Shown in pieces: positions 22,583 through 35,600 of a DNA stretch of 64,000 nucleotides. Below the pieces are notes generated by a model that ran no database searches, was not told where the DNA came from, and was given only the letters and a program-made list of their open reading frames with translations. The stretch is from Bispira polyomma (lineage: Eukaryota). How positions within the stretch are numbered: the stretch's first letter is position 1; every line of letters starts with the position of its first letter. The stretch lies in contig OZ287756.1 in assembly GCA_965649765.1 (NCBI GenBank), forward strand, positions 992,001 through 1,056,000. Reading direction: 5' to 3'. Made by a program: the position numbers and the translations under genes.

Positions 22583-25083
22583 ATGAAGATGATGTTTTGG
22601 ACTACTCTGCTACTTGGTTATCTGGGTTTGAAATCCGCTACTTGTGATGGGAATGCTATTATAAGAGAAGACATGGGAGTTGTCTTCAAACATGTAGCAA
22701 GTGTAGAAAAGTTTGCTTCATCGTCACACAGTTGCTATAAAGTTAGCAACCATGGATGAGCTCAGGATACAGGATCCATTTTGTCATAGAAAATGGGATA
22801 TTGAACATAAAAAGTTCATGAGTAAACTTTGTGAGATGTATTCTCCGATTTTTGAGACATATGATGACGTCAGAAACCTCCTGGCCAGAGGTAAGCTGGA
22901 AAAATTCCTGGGAGTGAGGAATTTAAAGAGCAGAGTAGCCAGGTCTCCTTTTGACTTTATTGGAAGTATTTCGAAGAGCTTGTTTGGCACTGCTACATCA
23001 AAAGATGTTGATCTATTGAAACAACACATAATAGCTTTAGAAGAACATCCTGAAAATTTCAGTGGATTCCGGAAATTTGCAACAGAATTGTTTTCTATAC
23101 AAGTTACAACCAACAAGAATTTTAAAATTGTTCAAGAAGGTATCAACTCCAATAGAAGATTAATCAACTACACCATTCAAGGAATGGGAAATTTAAGGGA
23201 CTCACTTAAAGATTGTTTTAGATGATGTCAAAGCCCACATCGAACTCTTGAGGCAGGTTATTGCAATGATGCATGGAATAAATTCACGAGAAATAAGTAC
23301 CATGCTTCTGGTGACAACAGAGCTGGAAAAGTTCATATCAGGATGTGACTCTCTACTACGAGGATATATTCCAGTACAAATTATAACCCCACATGATTTG
23401 AAGGATATCCTAGATAATGTATCTAGCTATTTACAGTTGCATTATCCTAATTACCAGATAGTTTACAGGCAGCCAGCAAGCTATTATCAAATGTCTGGAA
23501 TAATTACATATGCCACCACTAAGAATCATTTATTTGTCAAAATTAAAATTCCTTTGAGTACCAATTCAGTTTTGTTTGATGTCTTTAGAGTGAGTAGCAT
23601 CCCAATAAGTTTCGGTAGAAACAATATATCGTTTACTAAGGTTAAGGGGCTACCAGATTATTTAGGGATCAGTAAAGATGCAATGTTTTTCTCTGAAATT
23701 GACAAAGTTACTTTTGATAGTTGTGAAGGTATTACTCTTAAACGCTGTAAGGTTTCTTAAAATTTATACAGTAGAAATGATTTAACATGTGCCAGTGCAA
23801 TGTATTTAGGGCATAAGAATAAGATACAGGATGAATGCAAAGTAATATTGTATCCAAATACCTCAACTATTCAAACCCACGTTATTGATCTAGATCAGGA
23901 GAGAGTTTTTGTTAGCACAAATGACAACAAGTGGATAAAAAGTTGTACAAGACAACCTCCACAGGTTTTAGAAGGATGTAGAAATTGTATCATTAAACAG
24001 TGTGAATGTTCCATTAAGGGTAGCTCTCTGTATATTGCCCCAAGCATTGAAGCATGCTCAAAGAATCAGACTAACCACTTTGAACTGGTACCAAATTATA
24101 TGGCTGCCCTGTCATATTTTAAGCATATAGATTCTGAGTTGCTGTTGAATGTTAATAATACTTTCTTCAGGAAGGTATTAGCATCAACAGTTAATTTCCC
24201 TGACATTACTCTGTCCAAGAGCCCTTGGGTACAAAAGACACTTGGCTTACAAAATAGGGAACTAGCCCTAGATTTACATAGTGCTCTTACAACAATGCAG
24301 GATAACCAAAGTTTATTTATTGACCCCCTTGATGCTTGGTTAGATGACATGTCAACTTTACCTCAATCCTCCCATTATATGATAAGCTTCGAACTGATTG
24401 CTTTCCTAGCACTAGGACTAAGTGTAGCTTTAAGTCTTGTTTTAAATCTAAGCATGAGGAGGCACCTAACATCATTGGAAAAGACTATCCACAGAAGAAT
24501 CCCTGAATTATTGGCACTAAGTACTTGTATGCCCCGTACTGCAGCACAGGAAGCCTCTTGCACTAGACAGAGAAACCTAGAGCTATATGTAGTTTCATTA
24601 TTGACTGTAGGTATTGTGACTATTGTCGTGTATCAACTAGTTAAGTGTATAAAATATGTTTTGAGGCCAGTACTTAATAATTCTGCCGCCCTTACCAGAG
24701 CCCTAGACTCCCAGAACACTCTGGTACAGTTGATTCTCACAGATTTACAAAAGACACTGTCTGTTACAGTTCTAAGATTACCCATCCCTATTGCTGAAAT
24801 AGTTTATTCCAACCCTAAGCATACAAACCATTTGTCTACAAGATTTCCTTATCTGGAAATAGATTGGAATACCCTGATTATTTCATCTAAAACGACAGGT
24901 CAACAGATTGTCCTTCCAAATGAGGTGAACTTGGGATTTCTTAACTATTTTAGATACACCCAAATAAAAGCCAGACCAATGATAATGAGAGTCATTCTAG
25001 TAAACTCACTACGGTCTGTGACCATTATGCAGCAGGCTATAAATATCCCCCTTAAGAGAAGTGTCACCATAAGTTCTTTTTGA
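22583..25083 (+). pseudogene. env: env, baculovirus-F/errantivirus-like fusion glycoprotein (2 frameshifts, 1 stop)
   Basis: Signal peptide MKMMFWTTLLLGYLGL; RVAR|SPFDFIGSISKSLFGTAT cleavage site and fusion peptide; heptad region; Cys-rich ectodomain with N-x-S/T sites; TM LIAFLALGLSVALSLVL. Preceded by splice acceptor TTTCCTTCTATTTTGCAG (ends 22538). Confidence 0.88.
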
Positions 25084-28000
25084 AGAAAATATACCTCCAC
25101 CATCCTCCATCTGTGAGCGTGACGATATTCCCATATGAAAATGGTTTTAATCAGCTATCCTAGTTCATTGTGGTGATCTTGTCACAACATGGAACAAAAA
25201 GGGTGACAACAGCATGTATTATTTAAGGTTACTTTATCACTGTAGTTCAATCCTCAAATAGTATTACCACTCCATCTTGATTGCCAATTCACAAGGACTA
25301 CTCTTATAGTAATTTGCATCTACCGTAATTTTCGTTGCCAGTAATTAACTAGCCCATGCCTGGGATAGTTTTGGTAAAAGGTTTATTTTGTTGTGGCAAA
25401 TGTCATTGCATTCCTACAAATCATGAATGCTTATTATCAGACCAATACCATCTGTAATGCAAATATTCCAGCACTCCTGCAGTAATTTAGGGTCAGCATT
25501 TCCCAGATGTTCCAATGTGACACAAATAGTATATAAACCCAATCTGGATTATCTACATTCCCCTATTCCCTGTGACGGACTCAATTATCATACTTAGAAA
25601 GCTCGCAATAAACAAGAATACTAAATACAATTCCATAACACTTCTGAAGCCTCACTACTCATTAACCTGATAATACCATCTGGAATGAACCTACCAGAGA
25701 TGTGAAACGACATATACAGAATACTAAACCATGTAATCAACTGTTATTAGGCTCATCTCGTGTAGCCATGCCTATACACATTCCTAGGATTGGGATTCAC
25801 TTTACAAGCTAATGTGCTTCAATTTATATATTTAGACACTATATGTATTGGTGTAGCTGCTGTGTTGCATGTATGTAAAAATGTATATTAGTGGTAGTTT
25901 AGCTATACACATATATATGTATTTAACATTTAAAAAAAAAAAAAAAAATCAAGAAAACAGGGTAAAACAATTTTTTTTTATAAATTTAAAGCCAGTCTTA
26001 AAGTGTTTCTCCAAGCAGAAGCTACCCCCCTTCGGGTTGTATATCTACTCATCTCTGTCCCAAATGAGGCAATCAGTACTACTAATAGAGTTTGCATGTG
26101 ATAAATTTTTGGAATGTGAGTAAACAAATTTTGGCAATTAATAACGGTCATGGGACCATCATCAACAGAACAATCTATAGCTAAAAGGTTTTTTAGACGT
26201 GACTATTATTTGTTCCTTGATTGCACTGTGTCTATATAAGGGAAACTTTGGGATGTCAGATTCCCATACACATTCTTGAGCATCTATAGTGTACACTCAA
26301 TACTGGAGAAGAGCAAAACAAAGTAAAATAAAGTTAACACTTGTGAAGTAAAATAGTATACAAGTTCTTGTTTAAAACAAAGCTGTTGTTTCAAAAGTGT
26401 TGAGAAAAAAAAAGGGGGGACAAAATAAATATCCAAGGACACCACAAAAGGTATGTGCAGATGTATTTCATAAATAAGGTAGTATGTATATGAATATGAA
26501 TAATTCAATAAGGACTTTATCTGTATTCAACACATAAGGCCTAACTTGTAAATTAAGTAAATTTGTAATTGTTTTCATAAAAAGGACAGAACGGAGGGTA
26601 ATTGTTTAATTATATAATAATAATAGATTTGTACATTTATGTTTGTGTATTTAAATACAGTATATAAATACATGTTTCGGTATGTGCTTGATTAGTTGCA
26701 TTCAGTGTTTTGAAACCTATACCAATAGCTATGATATGTTATAATAGGGAAATATAATAATTCTGAATAATAAGTGATCAATGGGGTTCTCTTTGCGCGA
26801 AAAAAAAAAAAAAAAAAAAATGTGTGTGTTTATCTTCCAAGTAGTACAATGTAATTCAGTGTACATTATTAGTACAGGTTTTATACCGTCATTATAATAA
26901 CATATAATAGATAACTTTTACATCATATTTTATAAGTGTTGTTTAATCATATATTTCAAGTTTAATGGTCAATGTCATAGAAAGGTTAGTGAGTTATAAT
27001 CATCGGCATGTTGTATTAATAGGGTAGTTTTCTGCTATATACTTATGAATGTGTGTGTATAATAATATAATATTTGGTTTCCCTGTTAAAGAGGTGTATC
27101 CATTAAGCCATAAAGGTGTAAGTATTTGCTTTTTAGGTTACATCTCTTACTTGGATAATTATTATGTAAGTGTCGTGCTGTTTACTAATAAATGTTGTGA
27201 CAGTGATCAAGTTTATCTTTTCTTGTCTTCATACTTCTCTGAGATAAAATATCCCAGCTGATATGGGGTTAAACTGATTAGCAAGAGGTCAAGACTGACC
27301 ACTGAAAATAACCTCGTAACAATACGCATACCCCTCTTTTCTGGCTTTTTTGGAGTGGGCGAAAATATAGGATTTATTTGCAAATAAGCTGGTTAAATAT
27401 TGTGTCACACAACAAAATTTGTGTAATATAATAAGAATAATATATAAATTATTTAAAAAATATATATATTCCCGATTTGCCTTTGTTAAGCTTTGGTAAG
27501 TACTATTTAGACATTATTCCAATTGTCTAGTCAGATGTTTTAACACTTTATATGTATGAATTAGTTCTCTCCAGTGTGGGTAACATTACCTGTTTTATCA
27601 AACACTCTAGATTGTTACGGAATGGAGGTGTTCTTGTGGAAAGTTAAGGTAGGTTTTGAAACACACTTCTAGACATTCCAATCTGATTTATACTGTAAAC
27701 GGAATATTGGAAACACACTAGTGGAGGTCCCACCTATTATAGACATTCCACAACAAAAGTTGTCTTAAAAAAACACAGGCAGTGTGAAATACAGTGATGT
27801 TTGTGTTCTTGTAAACTTGGGAGCCGTCCAAGTCTGAGATCTTGCTCCAAAATTTAGTATCGACGTAATGTAAATTAAGTCTTTTGTTAGTGATTAAAGT
27901 ACGGCACAATTCCACACTAACGCCTTTTGTGTTGGATCTCTATATTCCAGTGTGGCGTATGAATATGTAGAAATTCTACCATGTCTTTCATTTCCATGTG

Positions 28001-29137
28001 TGTTATGAAACAAAAGGAATAGTACCAGCAGGCACCTCGCCATTTTATTTTAGTGTATCTTATCATACTATATAGTATAGTGGTATGTTATTGTTATTTT
28101 TGCACATAAACGGGAATGCCAGCACATACAATTCAAAAGTTTTATACTCAGGTATGCTTGGCACACCTAAAAAAATTAATCTTACACGTCTCAGTCTTAC
28201 CAGGTCTTAACCAATCCATCAAGGCAATTTCCGACATGGTCGCACTATTGCCCGAATGAAAACAATATCAGGAAAATGCACGTATTTACTGACATTTTTA
28301 GGTATTATGTACATTTACTGACCAATCAGTGACTATGTGTAATAACTGGTCACACAGATTCACTGTAACGCGTATGTAAATAGAAAAAAAGTACATCAAA
28401 AAGATTGCTGCTGACATGAACAATAACTTTTAGACTTTGGATTAGTAAACATTTTGTATCCCCCTTTTATTCCAAATATTTTCTACATATTTTGCAAGAT
28501 ACTTTAACTTACAAGTCATACATTGTTCATCTAGAAATAATGTTCATCAAAGGAGACACCTTTCAGTCATCCTTGGCATAGTTTGATTCTATATTGTAAG
28601 CTTGTCACCATACAGGGAATCCAAGATGAAGTCATTGCAAGAAACATTAGATTTACTTTTACTTGTTTAAATCTACATGTGTTTAAAGGGAAGATATGAA
28701 ATATGTATACTATCGTGACAAAATATCAATATGTGTTACAAAACAATCTACTAATTTAAATTTTATAGCCAACTCAGGTAAGTTTAGGCAAAGTTGATGG
28801 AATAGCCAATTTAAAAGCAAATTTACAAATAAATGTAAAATAACAAGTTTAAATAATAAACTGATAAAATTTATTTTGTATTTGAAGAAGGTTTTTCTCT
28901 GATGGTCAAAAGACACTTAAATGTTTGTTGTCGATTCTAATTGATTTATAAGAATGGTCAAATGTGCAACTACACAAACCCACATTGGTGATAGGTCAGT
29001 GATTGTAAAGCAGGTGCTTCTAACACACTGGCCCACTGCAGTCAAAGTCTTCGGTATATCCATGGTTTTTTACTGGTTATTTCCTTCAACATACGCAAAT
29101 GCCAAATAAGATAAACACAGTAATGTAACAGACTCAC

Positions 29138-29339
29138 CTGTCTGCATGGTGAAGATAATGACTGCTGAGGTAAGGATCCAGCTGGCGTCCCGGGCTGTAA
29201 TCTCCACCAGATCCCCGGTACTGTTGGGATTTTGTTGGACTGGCATGGCTGGTGTACACAAAGTTAAGTTACCACTGTTGTCATGGAAACAGGTCCAAGT
29301 AGAACTGATTAGGTTGACTGGGGTGCTGTTGGTTGCCAT
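29138..29339 (-). CDS. amt: ammonium transporter (Amt family), first coding exon
   Basis: MATNSTP...DASWILTSAVIIFTMQTG is typical of animal Amt TM1. The exon ends at canonical donor ACAG|GTGAGT. No downstream exons were recognised in the window. Confidence 0.85.
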
Positions 29340-30549
29340 AGCAACCCTCTGTAATAGACACAAGCATGGTGATGTGTTTGTTTTACTTCACAGTCTTTGT
29401 TCTTGTTTTTCTTCATTTTAATTTAACAAAAAAAAACACACAAATATATCACAAAACTACTGATTACAGCATCACTGATCTGTTTCTCTCTGCCCCTTTC
29501 ACTGGTGTATGTAATTGACGTCTGTTTAAGCCCGCCCTTTTTGGTAGGTATAAAATCCCCTGGTTGAAAAAAACGCAAGCTGATACAAGAGGGTTGACAT
29601 CAAAAAGACACACAACACACACACAGGGAGACAAGCATCACTAATAGATTGACAGGGAGTAGCACATTACCTGAATGATGAAAAAGACACGCCAAAAGCT
29701 ACTGTGATACTCCACCCGGAACTTACACGCAGTGCTCATCTAACACTTGCTTGGCATGGCTTACTAGTCTATTGTTTTATAGATCCTGGTCAAACCTCTT
29801 TATAAATAGGCCAGTCGTTAAGTAAGGAAAGACACCCCCCCCCCCCCACTCTTATTGGAAAAAAACAAACAATTGTAGGTGTTTGGTGGGTGTGTGTGTT
29901 CTAAATATAATGGGGGTTGTACCAGTCACATAGAGAACTCTACAACACCAAAGTCTGTAATGGTAGTAAGGGGTAGTTACTGATATAAACATAACATTAG
30001 GAGTGTAACTTACTAATGAGCCTTTTCAATCCATTTTGGGGGTAATTAGAATACTTAGACACCCATTTCCCCCTAATGGGTCGTCATTTGTTTCTTACAG
30101 CAAATTAGTCCAGTAAGAAACCGTCAGTCTTTGGTACAGTTTGAATAGGATTAGTTTTACAGTTAGAAAACATCACTGTCATTGAGGGCAAAATCCTTTT
30201 TATTGCCTGAGAGTGTTCTGTGTAATAGAACTGCCATATGACCTCTAATAACATGTCGACAACTGAAAGTTTAGTTATATACACATACTCAAGAAAATGC
30301 TTTCTTTTTAACCAAATACATTAAATATACTGTGCCAAATATACTTTTGAATAGCATTGCCTAAATAATTTTTTCATGTACTGCACACTATAATTTTCAC
30401 TATAATTATTTTTATATTATTGTATTAAATTACAATTTCTGTGTATTTGTGCTTAGAATCAAATTCGTTGTTTTAATATGGACTGACATATTCAGATTCT
30501 AAATATAAATATTTTTGTTTATTTTTGTCTGAAATAAAGTTATTGTTAT

Positions 30550-31640
30550 TATAAAGACTTGATCATCTTCTTCACAACAAGCCTAAGATTCGTCCTACTC
30601 TCTCAATATCTATCACACACCAACTTGCTTTAGTTTGGCTGTTCCTTGTTTTATAATTTCTACAATAACTGTAACCATAACGCGCCCATATAAGGCCTAA
30701 GTCATCCTATTTGGTAAACGTGGTTACTGAGCCTATAATCGAGGCGGGGCTTAGAGAAGTGTCAATCAGTTTAATTGGTTAAATTGGACAGGAAGTGTTG
30801 TAATAGCTCTGACATCATCTCACACTGTGGTAAATATAGCATCTGTTACATTTCGGACCTGCTTCTCGATGAGAAGATTTTCCAGCTGATGAATTGTGGA
30901 TTCAGCTAGTAATTTCTGTATTATCATGTTGGATGTAAGTAATAATGGATTATTACGCCAAAGTAGTGTGGTTGGCCCATATCTCGGGGCTTGTTTGGGT
31001 TGTTGATGAAAGACATCTCGAGTTGCACAAAGTTCACTCCTGGGGGTCGGTTCGATTACAGTTGGTTGTTTAGGTGTGTTTGAAGTGTCCCTTTTGAGAC
31101 TAGTAATGTCTTCTTTCAATTTTGAGCCCGTTTTGACCAGCATTTCCATCATGGACTGTTGCCCTTCATAACCTTCACAATAGAAGCCTCTGTCGCTTTG
31201 GGTTTCTGCCCTCTCGAGAGTATCAATTTACCATACTCATTGACCATACTTACAGTATTGTGTGGATCGTTTTCTTCTGAATTTAACTTGCATCTGTTCC
31301 CGACGGGATGTTCGTGTATAACAGCACACCTTGAACGCAAAGCTGTATCTGTCATGTTTCTTCTCTTCCCATGAACCATAATTCACTGTTAGTAACACGT
31401 TAAATATAAAATGTATACTATAAAACCTTATTCTATAACAGAAAAAATTAAAAACCTTATGTAAAAATACTAAAAGCACTCGTGTTTCTAGAATATATCA
31501 TGAAGTCCAATATGGCTTCCTTTTTTTCCAAATTTTTACTTATTGTCTTGTTGCTCTGAGAGTTTATAATGCTAGCATAAAGGGAAAGGCGAGAATTCGT
31601 CCAGGAATCGAAGTATTTGATTGGTCTTGATTAGCCATTT
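30550..31640 (-). mobile_element. possible internally deleted DIRS-type retroelement relic
   Basis: ORF 31379..31149 has RCAVIHEHPVGNRC, recalled as resembling the C..C...H..P.G..C N-terminus of DIRS-type ORF1 proteins. No RT present; boundaries are approximate. Confidence 0.35.
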
Positions 31641-32149
31641 GATTGGTTTTTGGTTGGTATACAAATAATTTTACTGTAAACTAAATTTTAGCACCTGAAA
31701 TGCCATGCGCACTTAAGCTTTGCAGTGACGTTTAAATACATGAATGGGTACCTATGAGTTACTAAGTTCTTGTTCATAATAATTTAAGCCAATTTGTTAA
31801 AAAAATTAGTGTCCCTTACTTAATATTCCCTTACAAGAATTAGGACGAAGCATAAGCACGCATAAATGTAAGACTTTATGGTAGTAATCAATTATAATGC
31901 ATGAAAACGTCTGTAAGATTAATTACATCTAAATAAATACAATTCAATTAACCATGCAATGGTTTCCATTAAATATACATGGACAATATATTATCGATTG
32001 ATTCCAACCAATCTATCAAGGCCTTACAGATTATTTCTAAGATGGCGGAATAAAAAGAACATCAGGCATGGCTTGATAAAAACACAATGTGCCAATATAA
32101 ACATCGATCATTGATTTATGAGGGAGCTAATTGACCTGGTATATTTACA

Positions 32150-32300
32150 CACCATCACACACACACACACCTATACACACAGACACACACTGACAGACAC
32201 ACTCAGACAGACTCACACACACATACACACAGACACATACTGATACACACCTTCAGCCACTCAAACACTCACACAGACACACACTGACCAGTTACTTTCA
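32150..32300. repeat. degenerate (CA)n microsatellite
   Basis: CA/CAGA-rich tract upstream of the ATPase beta start codon. Confidence 0.85.
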
Positions 32301-32681
32301 CACCTTGATATACTTATATACTTGTACGAATGTGACTGTGTGTGTTTACTGTATGTCAGATAAGACCTATACACTGATAAGAGCCCCACCTCTGGACCCT
32401 AATCACAGAGATAACCTTCACTTCCTGTCACAGTACCTATACACACTGCTCTCTCTCTCTCTGTTATTACCTGTACAACTCTACCATACTATACAAAACA
32501 CACAGGATATTACAAATCACTACTAGTAGAATCCTTCATTGAAATATATTCTAGTGATCACAATACAATAGAACGCAATACACCGCTAGTAGATCCGTAC
32601 TGTATACACTTCTTTATGGACACTTTAGGAGAGAATCACTACTAGATCTCTTGTTACAGACACATTTCCTGGATCAGCAGG

Positions 32682-35600
32682 ATGAACAGGAGTGATTCCA
32701 GAGAGGACCTCATCACCTCCTCGGAGACGGTTAGACACCGGATCAGGCGGCTGAGGAATCAGGAGAAATGGCCGCAGTTACAGCGGTTCTTTGTGGATAC
32801 AGACGGGAAGACATTCCTAGGAGACAACATGAGTAGCATAGGTTAGTGAACTGAGGGGTAGACAGGGTACTGGGTGCAGACCCCATACAGGCGGGGAGGG
32901 GGGTAGTTGGAGGGGTTCCTTGCAGGTGTAGATGGTAGAACTTTCCTACGAGACAACCAGATCACTGGATAGGTTAGCGGTTTGGGTATTGAAGGGTTAG
33001 ACATTGAAGAAATTTGTTAAGGGGGTTACTTGTGCATATAGATGGGAGGACACTGGGCCATTATTAAATGCCGGAAGTAGTCTGTGGTATGTGGTTTAGT
33101 GACTCCAGTTATCTATAAGCTATGCTCGAAAAATTTCCTGCAGTTTCTGGCAATAGTTTGTTTATCTTGGTTTTCGAAAAGGTTTTCTTATTTAGCCCAA
33201 GCGCCACACCTCAAGCAAATTCCATGTCAATTAGTTCAATAGTTTTCAGTTTCTGGTATTAAGTAAACAGGCAGGGTGTGTGCTTGAAATATAGCTCTCA
33301 AATAGTAGGTACATAATCTAATATATTCTAATCTAATCTTTTATAGCGCTTAATCTCTATTAATGTGGATTCTAAGGTGCATATACCATGATCATATTCG
33401 TGTAAGGTCCTTTTCTGAACGGTGGTCGTTTCAATAGATAAACCCACACATGTGCACATAAATAGCCATAGACAAACAGAAGACATCCACAAGCCTAAAA
33501 CTAACTCCAACTTTCTATATATATCTCTCCAGTGAACCAGGTGCTGCTTTACTTGGCTTTCTATGGGGGCCTCTTGTTCTTTTTCACCGTCATGATCGGC
33601 TTCTTCTGCCTCACACTGGATGAGATCACACCAAGGTTAAACGGAGATGAGTCACCACTTAGAAGTCTGCCAGGTGAGGAACAGATGAGTCACTATTTAG
33701 GTGTCTGTCAGGTAAGGAACAGACGAGTCCCCACTCAGCAGTCTGACAGGTGGGGAACAGATAAAGTCCCCACTCAGCAGTCTGACAGGTGGGGAACAGA
33801 TAAAGTCCCCACTCAGCAGTCTGACAGGTGAAGAACAGATGAGTCCCTACTCAGGAGTCTGACAGGTGAGGAACAGATCCTACATCGGTTTTATATCCAC
33901 TCAGGAGTCTCCCAGGGAAGGAACAGATTCTACCTACATAGGTTTGACATCCACTCAGAAGTCTAACAGGTCAGGAACAGACCCTACATACGTGTGATAT
34001 CCATACATTAAAATAGAATACAGTGCAGTGCTAATACCAAGCGCGGAAATCTACACAATGATTTCATCGTAGTTCTTATTGATTATTATAATGATATCAG
34101 ACCTTTTTTTAACACTTACTTTTCTTAGTGACAAGTTCTAAGGCGCCAAAAACACAACCAGAGCCTTAAATCATTAAACATTGACGAAAGGAAGTCGTCA
34201 TCAATTCCACTGAAAATAGGAAAACTACTATGAAGGCAGTGCATTATTGAACATTTAGATCTTTAAACCAAAGGAATGCATGTAAAAAAGTCATATTTAT
34301 GCAAACCGTAAACAAGAAATGTATACACTATTGCTACAGTCTTAAAAGCACACTGATACAGGGAGCCAATGGAGTGACTTAGGAATAGGTGAAGCATGTG
34401 AGAGCCGAGCAGTACAACTAACCATACATTTACTGTAAATATATATCTATTGTTAGTCATAAAGTAACAATATAACTCATAGTGTTCATGCATTTCCAGG
34501 CCTAAGTTATAGACCAGTGCCAGACTTTGAGAGTAACCTTGTGAGGTTCATACAGGGGAAGCCAGAAACCTATAAACCCTTCACAGATCATGTACAGACC
34601 TTTCTGCTGGGTAAGTCCTATCGCTCACTAGGGGGCCGCCGTGGCCTAGTGGTTAGCAAGCATTGCGCTTCACAATCACTGGTCTCTCACCTCTATGTGG
34701 CGTGAGTTCGAATCCCGTCGATGCCTATTTGGGAAAGGTGGTAGTTCCTTACTGTGGGCCACTGGTTTCAGTGCAGAACCTTGATCAACTGTATGCAGTG
34801 TTTCCTCCAGCGTTTCCAACAACCCGTCCCAATATAACCTAAACTGGTACTAAAGTAGACGTTAAATATCCAAATTCAAATCCCATCGCTCACTAACCAT
34901 ATTTAGACATGTCTATTCATTTGAGTCTCTTCATATAATTTCAGTTAAACAGCGAAAGTCCTATTGTCAAATTTTCAAAGATAATTTATATATGTTTCTG
35001 TCAATTCACTGAAACTTTAATATTTGAAGGAATAGATGATTATTAAGAATACATTTTCATTTGAAGCATCTATATTGTGTTAAACTGGTAGTCCTCTGAC
35101 ATACCATTGATCCTCATCAGTATGCTAATCGGCTCTTACAGCTGACTCAATGAAATTGTTTCTCAATAACTATTATAGCTAGTCAAACTGGAGACCCTAT
35201 ACTTACCAGACCAACCCTCTAACAATTAAATCAGCAGAGATCTGTATAATTTAACATATTATAATAATGTTATACAAGGAATAGACATCGCTATAATTTC
35301 TATTCAAGTATAATAGCAAAACTCTATGACCCTCTAAACAGAAACATAGGGCAGATTATAACATACTAATTGTGATTGATTGATGTTTGTAGAATATGAA
35401 AACGAGGCTCAGGTTGGGGAAAACTTTATTGACTGCAAACCGGAGAGGCCCCCAGATAGTGAAGACAAAGTGTGTAGGTAGGGCATCTGAATCATATCTG
35501 TCTCCAGTATAGTGAAGACAAGGTGTCTGGTATTTTCATCTTTTCCGGGATCTTTTCATTGTGAAAGTGCTAATTTTCAATTTTCTATTACTAAATATTG

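Larger units (their letters stand above)
16405..27321 (+). mobile_element. Ty3/Gypsy LTR retrotransposon with env (decayed); left boundary uncertain, possibly ~16110
   Basis: 186-bp direct repeats 16405..16590 and 27136..27321 ending CGTAACA (3 mismatches); PBS; gag-PR-RT-RH-IN-chromodomain-env order. Confidence 0.95.

Noticed and set aside
25869-27261. Short ORFs after env as accessory genes
   Set aside because: Low-complexity AT-rich or LTR-overlapping sequence; lengths are consistent with chance.
27560-27960. Possible DNA-transposase remnant (FWSKISDLDGSQVYKN), with transposon-like flanks at ~15800-16100 and ~27322-27500
   Set aside because: No catalytic motif, TIR pair or TSD could be established by eye.
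33674-33831. Repeat peptide (VPTQQSDRWGTDK)n
   Set aside because: Read-through into the intronic tandem array after atp1b exon 2.
34631-34720. tRNA gene
   Set aside because: Has A and B boxes but no complete cloverleaf; continues into a repeat body flanked by a TSD, so it is a SINE.
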